Shown: piece by piece, positions 44,435 to 58,249 of the stretch
Layout of the letters: the number at the start of each line of letters is the position of its first letter
How positions within the stretch are numbered: position 1 is the stretch's first letter
Origin: Kudoa neothunni
Lineage: Eukaryota; Animalia; Cnidaria
Assembly: GCA_964304625.1 (NCBI GenBank)
Contig: OZ199838.1
Coordinates: 16,537,469 to 16,601,468 of the forward strand
Length of the DNA: 64,000 bases
Reading direction: 5' to 3'
The notes under the pieces: model-generated
Told to the model about the DNA's origin: nothing
Database searches by the model: none
Seen by the model: the letters and a program-made list of their open reading frames with translations, nothing else
Made by a program: the position numbers and the translations under genes

Positions 44435-45242
44435 GTGTCAAATTTACAACTTTCGTCCTTTAGTGCCAGCAACCGACGAACTACACCACGATAATATCAA
44501 CGAGTAAAATTCGAAATCAGCATGTTCAATATCTACCTAAAATTTCGAACTTAGTTGAGTTTTTATCAAAATATATTAACCAATTTATTTTTGTCATGGT
44601 TTTTCTGTTGTAACTTCGTGGGCGTGCGTGTATTCTGATTAACCTGGAGTTTTGTTTTGACCTTAATAGATGTAAGGTATAGATTGATTGCCGAGTCGAG
44701 ATCGTACACTATTGATCATCGTCTTGTGTTTACCATTTGGTCGATTAACCTCAATGATTGCCTTATTGATGTTGGTGCTGTGTCGGGCGAGGTGGTTGTC
44801 GTAATCTGTGTGGAATAGTTGTGGGTGTTATGGATTAACATTTATTATTGCGTGTCTATTCGTTACGACCCCCTATTTGTCTGTTGGGGGTCAGTTCGTA
44901 GGGGTTGACTCGGGAGTTCATCTATTAAATGAGTGACTAGGGAGAGCATGCTTAGACCACCTTTTTTGGTTAACAGGATCTAATAGTGATGCTTTCAGTA
45001 GAAATTCTGTGATATGTGGAATGTTTTCGATTCTATCTTTATATTGTACATGTATCTTAGCATTCATTGGTTTTCCAGTCACGATTTTAATCGGTTAAAT
45101 TGGCAACCGTTATGACCAAATAAATGAAGGGGAGGAACTTTTAATGGGTCAGCGATAGTTAGATTTGGTTTTTGCAGGTAACTACGTAAAGGAAAGAATT
45201 TATTATGTTGGCTCATAAGTGGGCCCTCTGTATTCTATACCT

Positions 45243-45335
45243 CTATATCGTTATATCGTTATCGTTATAGTTATATCGTTATATCGTTATCGTTATAGTT
45301 ATATCGTTATATCATCGTTATAGTTATCTCTATCT
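45243..45335. repeat. Composite microsatellite (TATATCGT / TATCGT / TATAGT)
   Basis: Directly visible. Confidence 0.9.
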
Positions 45336-46399
45336 ATATCAATGGTCGACATTCCGATTGAGTTTCGGGGCTGGATACTCATGCTAAACTGAGAGGCGGG
45401 CCATAATATGTTAAATCCTTTAGCTGCAATGAATTTCCCACGGTAAAAATGAAAATTAGCTTAATTCTTTGAACTCCAAGGTTGCCATATGGAAACATTT
45501 TAATTTTGTGAGCATTTTAACCATTTGGTTACATTTTTTAAATATATCTTTATTATAATAATATAATTAATATTTATTTGATTTTATAAAAACTTGTATG
45601 TTTCATATCAAGAGCAATATAGAGGAATATCTAACTCTACAGCAAGTATAAAAAAGACTAAAAGTATCATGCAATTGAACTTAGAATTTGGAGGTTTCAG
45701 TAAAATTAAAAATATACACATATACTATTAAATAAGTTTATTCTAAGAATGAATCTAAAAAGAAAATATGTTTTGATACGTATAATATAAGGACAGATTA
45801 ATCCATGTTGCCATTTGGCATCATGTGTGTATCTTTCTAATTTTCGAAATGAATATTTCATTTTTTGGATATTTTATATAAAATTATTTAAAATTTAACA
45901 GAATGAGCAAAAAAATTTTTTTCTGCCGCTAAATTAAATTCGAGGTTCAGAGAGTTAATAATTTTGTATTTTGATATTTAAAATCATAATATTTTACTGT
46001 AGAGCGATAAGAATATAATATACGTTCCATATTTTTATGAGAAATGACTGGTTTTATATAATTTGCTAATTTAAAATTAACATAATTCTACGGGTATTGA
46101 ATTTAATATTGGCAGTGTTTATATTGCCCAACACGCTTTTCATCTTAAAATAATTATTCAATCGTTATCATTTTTAACAGAAAATATCTTTTATAAATGC
46201 GGAGTAACAATTTTGTTTCATTTATTTTTTAGTTTACAGTTAGGCATCCAAATGCATCGAGGATATTTTTAATTCTCGTATAAGTATTAATACAAAATAC
46301 TTTACGTTTTCAATAAATCAATGTATATTTCCCTAATAACGCCAATTTATGTAGTGTAATGCCATAAATGAGTAAAATGATCTTTAGAATGAAGTTGTA

Positions 46400-47400
46400 C
46401 CGTTTATAATACCGAGTTCAATCATTATAGATGGAGAGTCTGATCAAACACTACTCATTCAAGGTATTATACCAAACCTAAAGATGGTTGATGCATTCCC
46501 AAACTTTTAGATGGCTTAATAATTAATGAAAACACACTCAAAGCGAAAGAAATTTTGTTACTTGATCGGTTATTCTAGAAAAGTTTTCGCAATAGAAGAT
46601 TTTCCAGTAGCTTGCCAATTTATTTATTAAATATGAAGATTGAGCGGGAAGATTATTAGTTATAGAGCTAATAACTCAAATTGTTGAAAAATTAAACTCA
46701 AACTTTACCATAAGATATAACACATCATTAACGTTATATGCATTAAATATTGTATAAGTTGAAATAAATAATTAAATCGAAACTTATTTCAATATTTGCA
46801 CATGTGTCTTCTACATAAGTACAAAGTTACCATGCAGACATATTATCCCTACTAGAAAGAAAATTAGTATGGATTTATATGACAAAAATTTGTAATAGGA
46901 GGTGACACAAGAATTATTACTTATCATTTATTAAAATGATCAAAGATATACATGTTTAGAATTATTTGTGTAATGTACAGCCAGATATTACAAAAATTTC
47001 GAGTCAATGATCTTCTCTGAATTTTACATTAAATCGATATATTAAGCCAAAATTTTTTGCAATAAGATAGCAATTACTAAGGTCTAAACAAACCAAGACT
47101 CAATATGACTCACTAAAAAAGATTTTGGATGGATTAATCTCGCTTATTTTCAATGAGGATTCTATGGATAAGGTACTCATTTTTTCCAATTTTCATATAT
47201 CAACCTAATTTAGTTCAAATTAACGTCTAAATTTATTATCAGCAACAATCGAAAAATTTCTTATCCAACATGTAATGAGAGTGCCTTTAGTAAAATTTTT
47301 ATTGTACATTTCATTACTGAGGAGTCATGAACGGAGAGGGTGGATATACAAGAAGCAGTTCGAGACAATGACACATCATACATAATTGATATGGGAATCT
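46400..47400 (+). mobile_element. MULE (Mutator-like) transposase remnant with SWIM zinc finger
   Basis: ICTCVFYISTKLPCRHII at ~46794-46850 (CxC..LPCxH SWIM motif), and upstream IPSSIIIDGES resembling the MULE catalytic D region; many stops. Confidence 0.7.
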
Positions 47401-47904
47401 TAGACATTGTGAATGATTCTACTATTTATTAAATACCAATCTATGATACTTTTGTGAATTTTATCCATGTCGCGAGTTTCACGAAATTATAACAATAAAG
47501 TTGCCAACAGTAATGAAGTTGAGAGTTAGACCAAAAGGTGTATTACAAACGATTATAGATTTAAAAAATTCTATGCAGTTACACAGTACCATTTATTTAC
47601 AAATTTAAAAGTCGAATATTTTATTAAATTTTAATATTGTATAAATCATTCCGGGGGAATATTTACCTTATTGTAAGAATTTTAAAAATGAATTGGTCGA
47701 ATAGTTATACTATACCTTGTTTCCATTTGGATTTATTGATATAAATTAGTTATGTTAAAGTACGTCCCGAATTAATGAAAAAAATTCATATTCTGCAGTT
47801 ATACAAAATATTCTCGGAAAAAATTGTAACGATTGAATTATTATTTTAGGAGAAAAAGCGCGCCCGGCAAAATAGACACAGCCTTTAATATTTCATATAC
47901 TTAA

Positions 47905-49477
47905 CCCCCGGACACCTAAGGAAAAAAGTTATACGAAAACCTTGAGGGTAGCCACCACTGTGACCATATGCAAAATTATATTAAGATAATTCAAATTGTT
48001 GCATGTAATATTAATAGAATAATTATTTACAGTTTAAAATATAAACAATTTAATAAAAATAAGTCAATGATGCATTTTCGTGTCTTTAATTTGCGCAAGT
48101 TCGATTAACAGGAATAATTATGGCTGAATATTAGTGTTTCCAAACCTTTTTTTCTATCATGCCCCACATTTTTTAATAATATTGATTTTGTAACTTAAAC
48201 TTCTTATAATTAAAATTCAAGCTTCATACCACATTTGAATTTGAAAGTAATTAATATATACTTTTTCCTCATCAAAATCCGGTTGTATTAGATTATATCT
48301 AACTGGATTTTTAGATGAAACTTGAAGGTTAACATCTTCAGTTCTTCATCCAATCAAAAACAGTTTTAAGTGAAACTCGTTGTAATCTAGTTCGCATTAT
48401 GCAAGGCTTTGATATGGACAGGTTTTATCAACCCAAAAGACATAATCTAAATAGAAAATTTATCAATATTATATGAGGGTAAATAAAAAACAGGGGAGAT
48501 CACGATTATAAATTAGATAAGATCGGGATTAAAACCATTCTTCTTCTATTCATGTTAAGACCTTTCGAATGTTATTATTCATTTTTATGTAATTAATTAT
48601 TTCTTTTGGTGTCGTTGTACGATATTAATGGTCATTTAAAAATAAACGAGATCGAGGTATCGAATTCAAAGTGTCTCACCATTATCCATGTCATATATAT
48701 GCTCAGGATTTTCCGCAACCCATCATAGGCGTTCATTAGACGTTCAAAAATTTCTACGCCCCAACAAAATTTTTTCACGTCCCACCGGTGGGAAACAGCT
48801 GTATATACTTGGAATAGCGTGATAAATTAGAAATATTTAATTATTGCTTCATTTTCACATTTTCGTATTATTATTTTACTATGAAATCTTTTCGTGTGTT
48901 AACAGAAATATGTTAAATGTCTATATTCGTACTTTATAAATTGAAGTTGGCATTATATATTAATTTATGAATAACAAACACATATATATTCTATAGTCTA
49001 TAGTCCATGGATTTTTAGATTTTGAATCTTTGAGTTATGCTAAGATTGTTTAAATTAAACTTTAAATAACTCTGTTTAACTTACTACTTTTTAATTATAT
49101 GAAATTTAGAAAAATTATTATAATACGCGCGACTCCCATGTCAGATTTAATTAGATAACAGAATCAAAAAAATAAAGTTAAAAAAATTCCTTTCTTCAAG
49201 AAAATTTATAAGTTTATTATATCATAGGGAGGCATATTATATATTTTTAGTATCTAAAATTTATTTATATAACGGTCATGTTCAGGTAGGTATAACTTTT
49301 TTCTTTATTTGATTTTAAGCAAAAAATCCAAAGTAAAACTCCATTATTTAAGAATTTTTAAAAGCGCCTTTTAATATAAAATACTCGTAGGGAAAATAGT
49401 GAATTAAATATTTTGAAAAAGTCATTAATATGATAAGCGTTGGTTGGCCACAATGGCCATCTCCAGGTATTCGAGGG
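47905..49477. mobile_element. piggyBac-like non-autonomous element with nested hAT MITE (~48132-48800)
   Basis: TTAA-cccccggacacct ... aggtattcgaggg-TTAA; subterminal gaaaaaagttatac / gtataacttttttc; inner tagtgtttccaaacc ... gggaaacagctg. Confidence 0.65.
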
Positions 49478-52022
49478 TTAAATAATAGTTCGAAATCATA
49501 AAGAACAATAATTAAACGTTTCCGTTCGCAACAATACGACTAGTATCATACAATCAGTAAAAATAATTAAGAAATTTGTCAGGAGAAATATTTTAATCTG
49601 TATTTCGTTTCTTCCACATTTACACAATAAGAAACCAATTTCACGTAATCTCTTCGGGACCAAGAAAAAAATGCACCAAATCGGTCACGTCCAGGGTTTG
49701 GGTTTTTATGGTCACCTTGAGTTCTTGAGGGGTTTTTAATTTAATACTAAATCTTGAGTTTTTATTGAAAACTTGTAAACATTAAAGAATGTTTAAATTT
49801 TTTTATGTACGGCATTAATATTTTTATTTTTAATGACGTATCTTATTCAGATTATATCATGCAGCAGCGCTTCCCAACTAAAATTGGACTCGCACCCGCT
49901 ACCATACGATAATACAATAAGGTGTAACTGACTCAAAATTTCTCAAAAATTATTTTCTATTGTGATCGAATCTCAAACCCCCCAATCCCATAGTGCACAC
50001 CCTTAAGGGTGCTGGAACCATTGTCATGCAGGGTTTAAACATTTGCGATATTGGACAACACATTAGATTGTTTAGCATGGCACGATTATATAATTACTCA
50101 GTAAATATTTTCACACATTATTAGAAAATTTATACGTTGTTTCAAAATATATTTTGAAATACAAAGTAATAAATTGTGAGTGTATTGATCTACACTAGAT
50201 ATTAAGTATGAGTGAATGTTCGTGACTTAACATTGCAATCATACGACGATAAATTTAAATTTAATGTCTAAAGACATACTTATTGAATCGAAAAAAAGTT
50301 AAAAACTTTAATAAATACGATTCAATTTTTGTTATTGTGCTTTAAACTAGTGCTTTTCGATCTCCCATCCTTGATTTTCCAAATCCGTTGGCAGCCCTGA
50401 TCACGTCCAATTTCACGCACTTACACACACAATTATTTCAGAAAAAAATGACGTTTAATATCGATTAAGTTGCATTTAAAGAGGCCAGTTAACTATATAT
50501 TAATTCATAAAAGAATTAAAACTCGAGAAACGTGTCAACAGCACAAAAATATTTTTAGACGATCTATGAAATACTCCCCTTGTTGCTATCGGTAGAATAA
50601 GGCAGTTTCGTCTACATTGTAAACCAAATTTTCAGAATACATTTTAAAAGATGTTCTGATTTGTTTGGTCTACTTAGAAGTAGTTTCGGTGTAGCATCAA
50701 CAGATTAATTAATAAAATTTGATTTTTAAATGTTGGACCTTTTTTTAAAACAACGAAACTCTCAAAGAATTGTACATGAAGGTAAAATTTTTTTCTTAGG
50801 CTAATCGGTTTCTCCTGATGATTATCGTGACGACGCTTACTACAATCTTTTTGCTTCATGTCCACCCGATCCACTCATATACATCTTCATCAACAGAATT
50901 AAATTGTCCTGTATGCAAATAATTTCTATTTTTAGATTCTAGAAAGATTTATAGGTTTTGATTATTTTATTTTTCATCTCTAGGATGCCATTAAGAGTCG
51001 AGATAATAGATATTTTAAAACGTGATATAGTGACAGTTTTTTTCATAATAATAAGTAATATTGTACTTCTCGGCAATAGGTATAGTTATAAAACTTTTTT
51101 GTCATTAAATATCAACTTAACTAAATAATAAACACGAAGTATCTGAAAAAAGTGATGAAATGGGAAAATCACGTGACTTTTAGTTACATTATTTCGCAAC
51201 TTTTTAGAATAATTTTTATAAAAATTTTGATTGAAATATTATAAGAAACATATTATATAAACAATGACTAATCAAAATTCCAACTAAATAAATTTTGAAA
51301 AAATGCGTGAAATTGGTTACTTCCTGTATTTAAAAAAATTGGATAATATTTAATTAATTTCGTTTGCATCGCCATTTAACTTCTTTATATGCTGAATAGA
51401 TCAATTATAAAAATTGGGGAACTTATAAAGTATTGTCTAATAAAAAAAAATTTAACTTTATTACTGACCCCTGCTCTGTATTATCTCAGTGTTTATTCCG
51501 ATTTTAACCTACAACTGGTGGCTACGTATTGGGGTTTGAACTCTGCTAGCGACAATTCATCATAATCAGAAGGACAAATTTTAGATGAATTCAAAATAAC
51601 AAGTACCGCTATGTTTTCTCGAATATAACGCAATCTGCGACTTTTTGTGTTATACATAAATTAAAGGTTTAATTGGAAGATCAATCGTAGAATATTTCTG
51701 CAATGTTAAATTAAAATAACAAGAAATCTAATTTTGGTAGAAATACGGTCACTTGACAACCCACTTTAAATTTTATAAGGGGACAAAAAATTTTGCTACC
51801 GGCTTTTGCAAAAAATGAAACAATAATTGTAGAAAATTTAACAAGAAAATATCTCTATATCTTACTGTAACGATTAAGATTAAATAGAGACCGTAGAAAT
51901 CTAAATAAAGGATGCATTATTGATTTTGAATAATCAGTCAGTTACTAGTGGAATTCATAAAATATAAATTCATAGATCATATATAAAACTTTTGAAAACG
52001 TGTCTATCTTCAAAAAGGTTTT

Positions 52023-52744
52023 TCAGACCGATACCACTAAAGTTGGTAATAAAAATATAAAAATATAAAGTAATCAAGAAATTTTCCAAAAATGTGGTGC
52101 AAAAATCCCTCAAAGTCACCTTTACCATTATATATAACTGAAAAGTTACTTTCGTCATAGATCAAGGTGGTGGAGTCATCATTGTAGGGATTTCTGGTGT
52201 GGAAACGAGAGCTAAGTTGTTGTTGGTTGGTTGTTGTGAACAGAGGAGTTTTTAGTCGAAACCATCGGATCGAATCAATCAATAGAAGTAGTAGAAAAAG
52301 ATCAACGACACTTTGGGATATTATTATGAATATTCTTTGTTTACGATTTTCATTATTATGAGGTAACGTTTGGTGTGCATTTAGTGAATACACACTGACT
52401 ATGAACCAAATAAATAGGTGGATCGCATTTATTAGTACACCATGATAGGAGATGAATGATTTTTCGGAAAGGAATACATTGTTTAAGTGATATTCGTTTC
52501 CATAGATTACATCCAAAAAAAACGCAATCACAAAATACATCACTGTGTACACAGACAGCGCTTTTATTACAGAGCAACACTGAGATAATTCTGCAAAGAC
52601 GCATGTATTCTTTTTTGTATTTGACCCTTGCTTCACCAAAATTGCAATCACTAAAGCCATAATCTTAAAAATCGAGGTCAACCAAATACCGTTTAAAAGT
52701 GTGTACCAGAATGAGATTTTGTATAATGTGTTTTTTGTTTCCAT
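52023..52744 (-). CDS. SYNGR: Four-TM MARVEL protein, synaptogyrin-like
   Basis: Four hydrophobic segments. The C-x8-CS loop followed 21 residues later by the D of LDV, and FIWFI, match my recollection of synaptogyrin CIYNRNPNACS...LDV and FLWFV. A probable terminal intron (gtaaag...ctttag) would give the end ...IYNVVSV*. Confidence 0.6.
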
Positions 52745-54184
52745 AATATATTTTTATTTTTTCAGTCAATTCCATATCACTTGTATCTCTACTTTGAAAC
52801 TAGATGAGGATATTTAGCATAGTTTTAGTTTAAGCGGATAAGTAGATTTAAAATTGTAGCAGATAATCTTGGAAAATATATAGTTTCGACAAGCACCTCA
52901 TAAATACAAAATTGGTCGCTAATTTTGAGTTTATTTGAATATTGTTATACTTTTAATTGTTTATAAATTATTGCTTTTGAATAAATCCCATTATATCTAG
53001 TTGCGTATTGATTATTTTTATTTTGATATTAGGTGACGATTTAGACTATATGTTATGGTACTACGATTAGATGCTTAGTACTAGATATAAATAATTATGA
53101 TGAAATTGAAAGTTTTTGCACTTAATTATAACGATGATTAGAGTCGATTGTATTTGAATCTATTCCATAGTTATTCGGGGAAAAAATAATTCAATTAATC
53201 TGTTTAATTAGTTTTTAACAGAAATTCTGTTCAAATTAGCGCTAAATATTTAGCAATTTTTTTACTTGATTATCTGCAATCAATCTATTTTATCTAAGTT
53301 GGCACAACTAAAGCATTTAAAAAAGATCTCTAACAATGTCATAAAGGAAGTACGATTTCCGTTGGAAAATAAGACCTAATCCAATTTTCAGAGTGTATTA
53401 AATATAAGACCTAGTAATATTTTAAGTGTAAAATTTATATTTGACCCGATCTTTATTCAGAGAGTCATGGTAGTGTTTAATCGACCAAGTTTTCGTTATA
53501 AGGAATAAGCTTCAGCAATACTGAATAATTAATTAATCCGTAGATACCGTAGATATGAGGTTTAAAATTGTTATCGTTTAAACATGAGACGCACAGTTCA
53601 GTTACAAATACTTAATTATTCCAAAAATATTAAAGTTTATATTAATATTACTATGAAAGCGATATTAGTGTGGTCTACATCATATGAACGTAGGTCATTG
53701 AAAAAAGTACAATAAGGTCCCCAGTTCGCGTAATTTTATGGAACCAATGATAAGTAATGCAATCGAAGGCCCTTACGCTATACCGGGTACATTCGCAAGT
53801 GCAATCATGTAATTAACTTTTCAAATAAATTCCTCAGTTATTGAGTATCTATTTTTCTTTATAATTATATTATTATCGTAATATATTACAGGATGTAAAT
53901 TAATATTTAAAACGCACCCATGAATGAGTTAATGACATTAATTAATTCGAAAGATACATCAATTTCATAAAAACTGTTTTTATCTTAATCAAATTAAAAA
54001 TTCATGTCTAAATCATTAGGAAAACTATTAATAAAGTTTTTATTTTCATTGTTGGTTTATTTCGTTACAGTTAAATTCTCATTTCAATCATCTAATGATT
54101 GATTAACAGGAATAAATCCAAAAATTGTCTTTCCTCGCATAATCTCTTGCATTTTTAAAAATATTAATTTCGTTTAACATTAAA

Positions 54185-55430
54185 CCCTAGAAAGCTTGTT
54201 AAAAATAGCTACACAAAGGCTCAATCGGCCCCTTTTTTGTTCCATGTATAAATTGATCAAATAGAGTCACCTCATTATCGTAATGTATTTGTTTTAAGAT
54301 TATTTAAATTTAAAGGATAGAAAATATTTTTAATTCTAATTTCAGGAATTTATAAACTATAAATATCCGTGGAGAGTGATTTTTGTAATATTTAGCTATT
54401 CATCGAAGCTTTTAATTCTTTATCATAAATTAAAATTAATTTGAAAGAAACAAAACATTAATATATTAAGAGCATTTTTTATATGATAATACACGATATT
54501 GATAAGGGACCTAAATAAGCACGATGTAATGTTAGTTGTTGAATGCTTAAAAAGGAAAATAAGTTTTATACACCACGAGATTTGAATTGGCTTGGAATAA
54601 TACTTTTGATTTTAATGCCGACTATTACAGTATACAATTCAGCGTTGAATAATACTTCAAAGAATATGATCATAATATGGAGAAGTTGTGGAGCAACTAA
54701 GATGATAATCCGTTGTTGGATGGCGACCATGATTCCATGAAAACAGCTTTATGGCCTTTCTATGTAAATAATACGTCGTCTTGATTTTTATTAAATTATG
54801 TTGAATTGTTTTGAAAAATTGTTTCCTTGTAGACTACGTTATTATATGAAAAATTATGATGATAACTAATCTTGTTGTGCATAAAACTTAATCTTCTTTT
54901 TAAACATGCGACAACCGTCACGTCGTGCCTATTTTAGGTCCTCTTATAAATATTGCATATTATAACTTGAAAAAAATTCTTTTAATATATTAAAGTTTTG
55001 TTTCTTTCAAATTAATTTTAATTTATGATAAAGAATTAAAAGCTTCGATGAATAGCTAAATATTACAAAAATCACTCTCCACGGATGTTTATAGTTTATA
55101 AATTCCTGAAATTAGAATGAAAAATATTTTCTATCCTTTAAATTTAAATAATCTTAAAACAAATACATTACGATAATGAGGTGACTCTATTTGATCAATT
55201 TATACATGGAACAAAAAAGGGGCCGATTGAGCCTTTGTGTAACTATTTGAAAAATTTGATAAAAAACATACATAGGATGAAAAGAAATTGCTGACTCCTA
55301 CAAATATAGTTACATAAAATTTATAATGTAATTTAAGTGACATGAATTTTCTAATATAGAATATTCCTATAATTTTATAAGCATTTAATTAAATTATGGA
55401 CCAAATAAGGACCCACTGAGCTTTCTAGGG
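54185..55430. mobile_element. piggyBac-like non-autonomous element with ~280-bp internal inverted repeats
   Basis: TIR ccctagaaagct / agctttctaggg, followed by TTAA on the right and preceded by ttaaa on the left. 54203-54480 is the near-perfect reverse complement of 54970-55248. Confidence 0.88.
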
Positions 55431-57589
55431 TTAAAAAAATAATTCCACATTCGATTATTTGTCTATAATTTAACGATTTTTTGAAAGATTTATATTGTTT
55501 AGATTTAATTATTTCCGTTTAAATTAATTTTTTTTCTTTTTTTAACTTAAAACCAAGCTGTTCTATTGTTTTATTTATCTTTATAGTCATATAGTTTCAA
55601 ATATAATTATGCTACGATTAAATTGCATGGGACCACAGCGGTCATCTTCAGGCATTCGAGGGTTAAATAAATTTTCAAAGGAATATAAATTACTTGATTT
55701 TTTACGCCTAAATAGACCAATAATGCATTGGTTAAGTTGCAATTTTCTTATAGAATGCGTATCTGCATTGATTTTTGAATAACACTGATTATAGATGGTG
55801 CAATTTTTATGAGAAATTACAAGGAACGTTGAACTCATTAAAAGCGTTAGCGCGTATACTAAAAATACCCTCATGCATTCAGTTTTGTTTCTATCGATTA
55901 TATCATATTTTCTTAATCAAAGATGGGGGAACAAAATCATTAATATTTTCTCAGTTAATTTTATTATAAAAGTGGATATAACGGGTTTAAAGATCAAATA
56001 ATTGTGATTATTTACTTGTTTTCCCGTTGTATAAAAATGATAGGGAAATTATTATATAATATATATATATATATAATTAGGATACATATTTCATAGAATA
56101 CTTTATTATTTTTATACTTTATATGATTTTAAAGTGTTCGTCTTTGCCTTTTAGGTAATCTAATGACTGTTAGATCAGAACTATTAGGTGGCTCTGCTGT
56201 TCCTAATTTAGAGAAAAATATTAAATCTATATAAATTTGATAAAAAATTCTATATGAGTATTTAATTTTTGAATTTATCGCCGGTTTCGCGTTCATATAA
56301 CTGTTTGTCATTTTGCAAATTGTATAAGTCTTAAGACGAGCCATTAGTAAGTAACTTGGTTTAGGATGCTTCAGAAACTTCATTCGCTTGAAGTTTAATA
56401 TCTAATATTTATTTGAACAAATTATACTTATATTTATTCTTTTATTTAACTCATTATTTTACATCTGAATATCGTATTTCGAATTATTCTCGTCGATTCC
56501 ACTTTGTACTAAAGTTAGTTAAATCGTTTTAAATGAACCTTTTATATCAAAGATTAATAATTTTTCTATTCCTAAAATATTACAATCTCTAATATAGCTC
56601 CGACTCTCTTAATTGCAATTACTGAACTAAGGATAAATTCACTATTATATTCTGCAGACGTTGACATAAGTTGGTTTGTATGGACTTATGCATTTTATAA
56701 ACGCATTGAATAGAGGTTAAATTTATCATTGGATATTTCTTGTAATTTTGCATTATGACTAGATTTTGCATTATTTTTAGCTAGAAAATTATCCTGTATA
56801 TATTCGCTGGCAGGAAATATCTTTATTAAAGTAAATTAAATAATAATGTTTCGCATGATTGACATTAATGCTAAAAAATAAATGGTATTCTTTATCGACA
56901 AAGCCCATTGTAAAAATTTAACCATCAAATAAACGTAAAATTACTCATTTAAATTGAAATTACATTGAACGTAGTTTGTTTACAATCATTGCTACAAACA
57001 AACCACATTGACACCAGGTCAGGTGTTCTTAATTAATGTGTCGGGCATATCGATACTTCTTTTTATATAAAATCAACATAAAATTTGCAAATCGTTTATA
57101 CATTAACTTAAATATGAGTTTTTCGAAGTAAAACATTAAACAATGTCAACTAATTTATTTAGTAATAGTTCATTTATTGTTATATGTATATATTTATGAA
57201 ATTAAAATTTTGATACAAGCGTTATTTTAGAAGACATTCACATCCGTTGTAATAGCCACTGCCTTAGATTAATAGACATTAGGCTTTAATTTCTGAAATT
57301 TTGCCTAGAAATTAAATAACAATTAGCAGAAACCATAAATATCTTATTTCTCATTTTTAGATGTAATTTAGTTCTTTTACGCTAAAAAGGAGACTTAAAC
57401 TTGAAAACAGAATTTAAACTGACTGAATTAATTAATTTTAATGCTTTAACATGAGATTTACTATTTTGGTTTTTTGTAGATCGGAATCATTTCAACCAAA
57501 TTCCTCATTACAATCATTTATATTATTCTAATAGGCTAACTCCTTTATAAATGAATCTTTAAAAAAATTTCTAGTTATATATATGAGTA

Positions 57590-58249
57590 CAGTAGGTAAT
57601 CGATTTTGCACATGCACAAATTAATTACATATCCCCTTTTTTGGAATTAATAAGAAAAATTGATGTTTTTTTATTGAAATAATATCAAAGAACTTAAATT
57701 CTATAACAGATAAAAAAATAAGGTGATACTTAGTTTCAATTCTTGAAAAAATCAATATTTTTGGTTTGTGTCAAAAAATGACATACAAATCAATTTTCAA
57801 CTCTAACAATGATCAGAAACGATCTAAACTTTTTTAAATTAGAGAGAAAATTTAGTTCTTTTTCGAGGAGGCCATTTAATGCTGTTATATTTGATATGTT
57901 GAAATGTTTCACAGTAACTATCTTCACGTTTATTTATGGAAGATCTTCGAAGTATTTCATTATTTTGTACTATCATTCCTTCAATTTTGTTGTATTTTTA
58001 TCTTCGCTTATCGCTAAATTTCTGATTTTTCTCCAAATAATGCTACATCGATCAACAGAGCGACTGGAAAAACGTGTGCAGAATCAACACGTCACGTGAT
58101 TTTGACTGCGTATTTTACATCATTTACAGTCTATTATTTGAACCGAAATTACCGTTGTATTTAATATATTTGTTTATATAAACATTGGAAACATTGAGAG
58201 TCACAATTAAATAAATTCACAAAAAATATGCAACATCGATTACCGACTG
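57590..58249. mobile_element. Tc1/mariner-type MITE; related partial copy at 7833-8090
   Basis: TIRs cagtaggtaatcgattttgca / tgcaacatcgattaccgactg with TA flanks; right ~260 bp aligns in reverse with 7833-8090. Confidence 0.78.
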
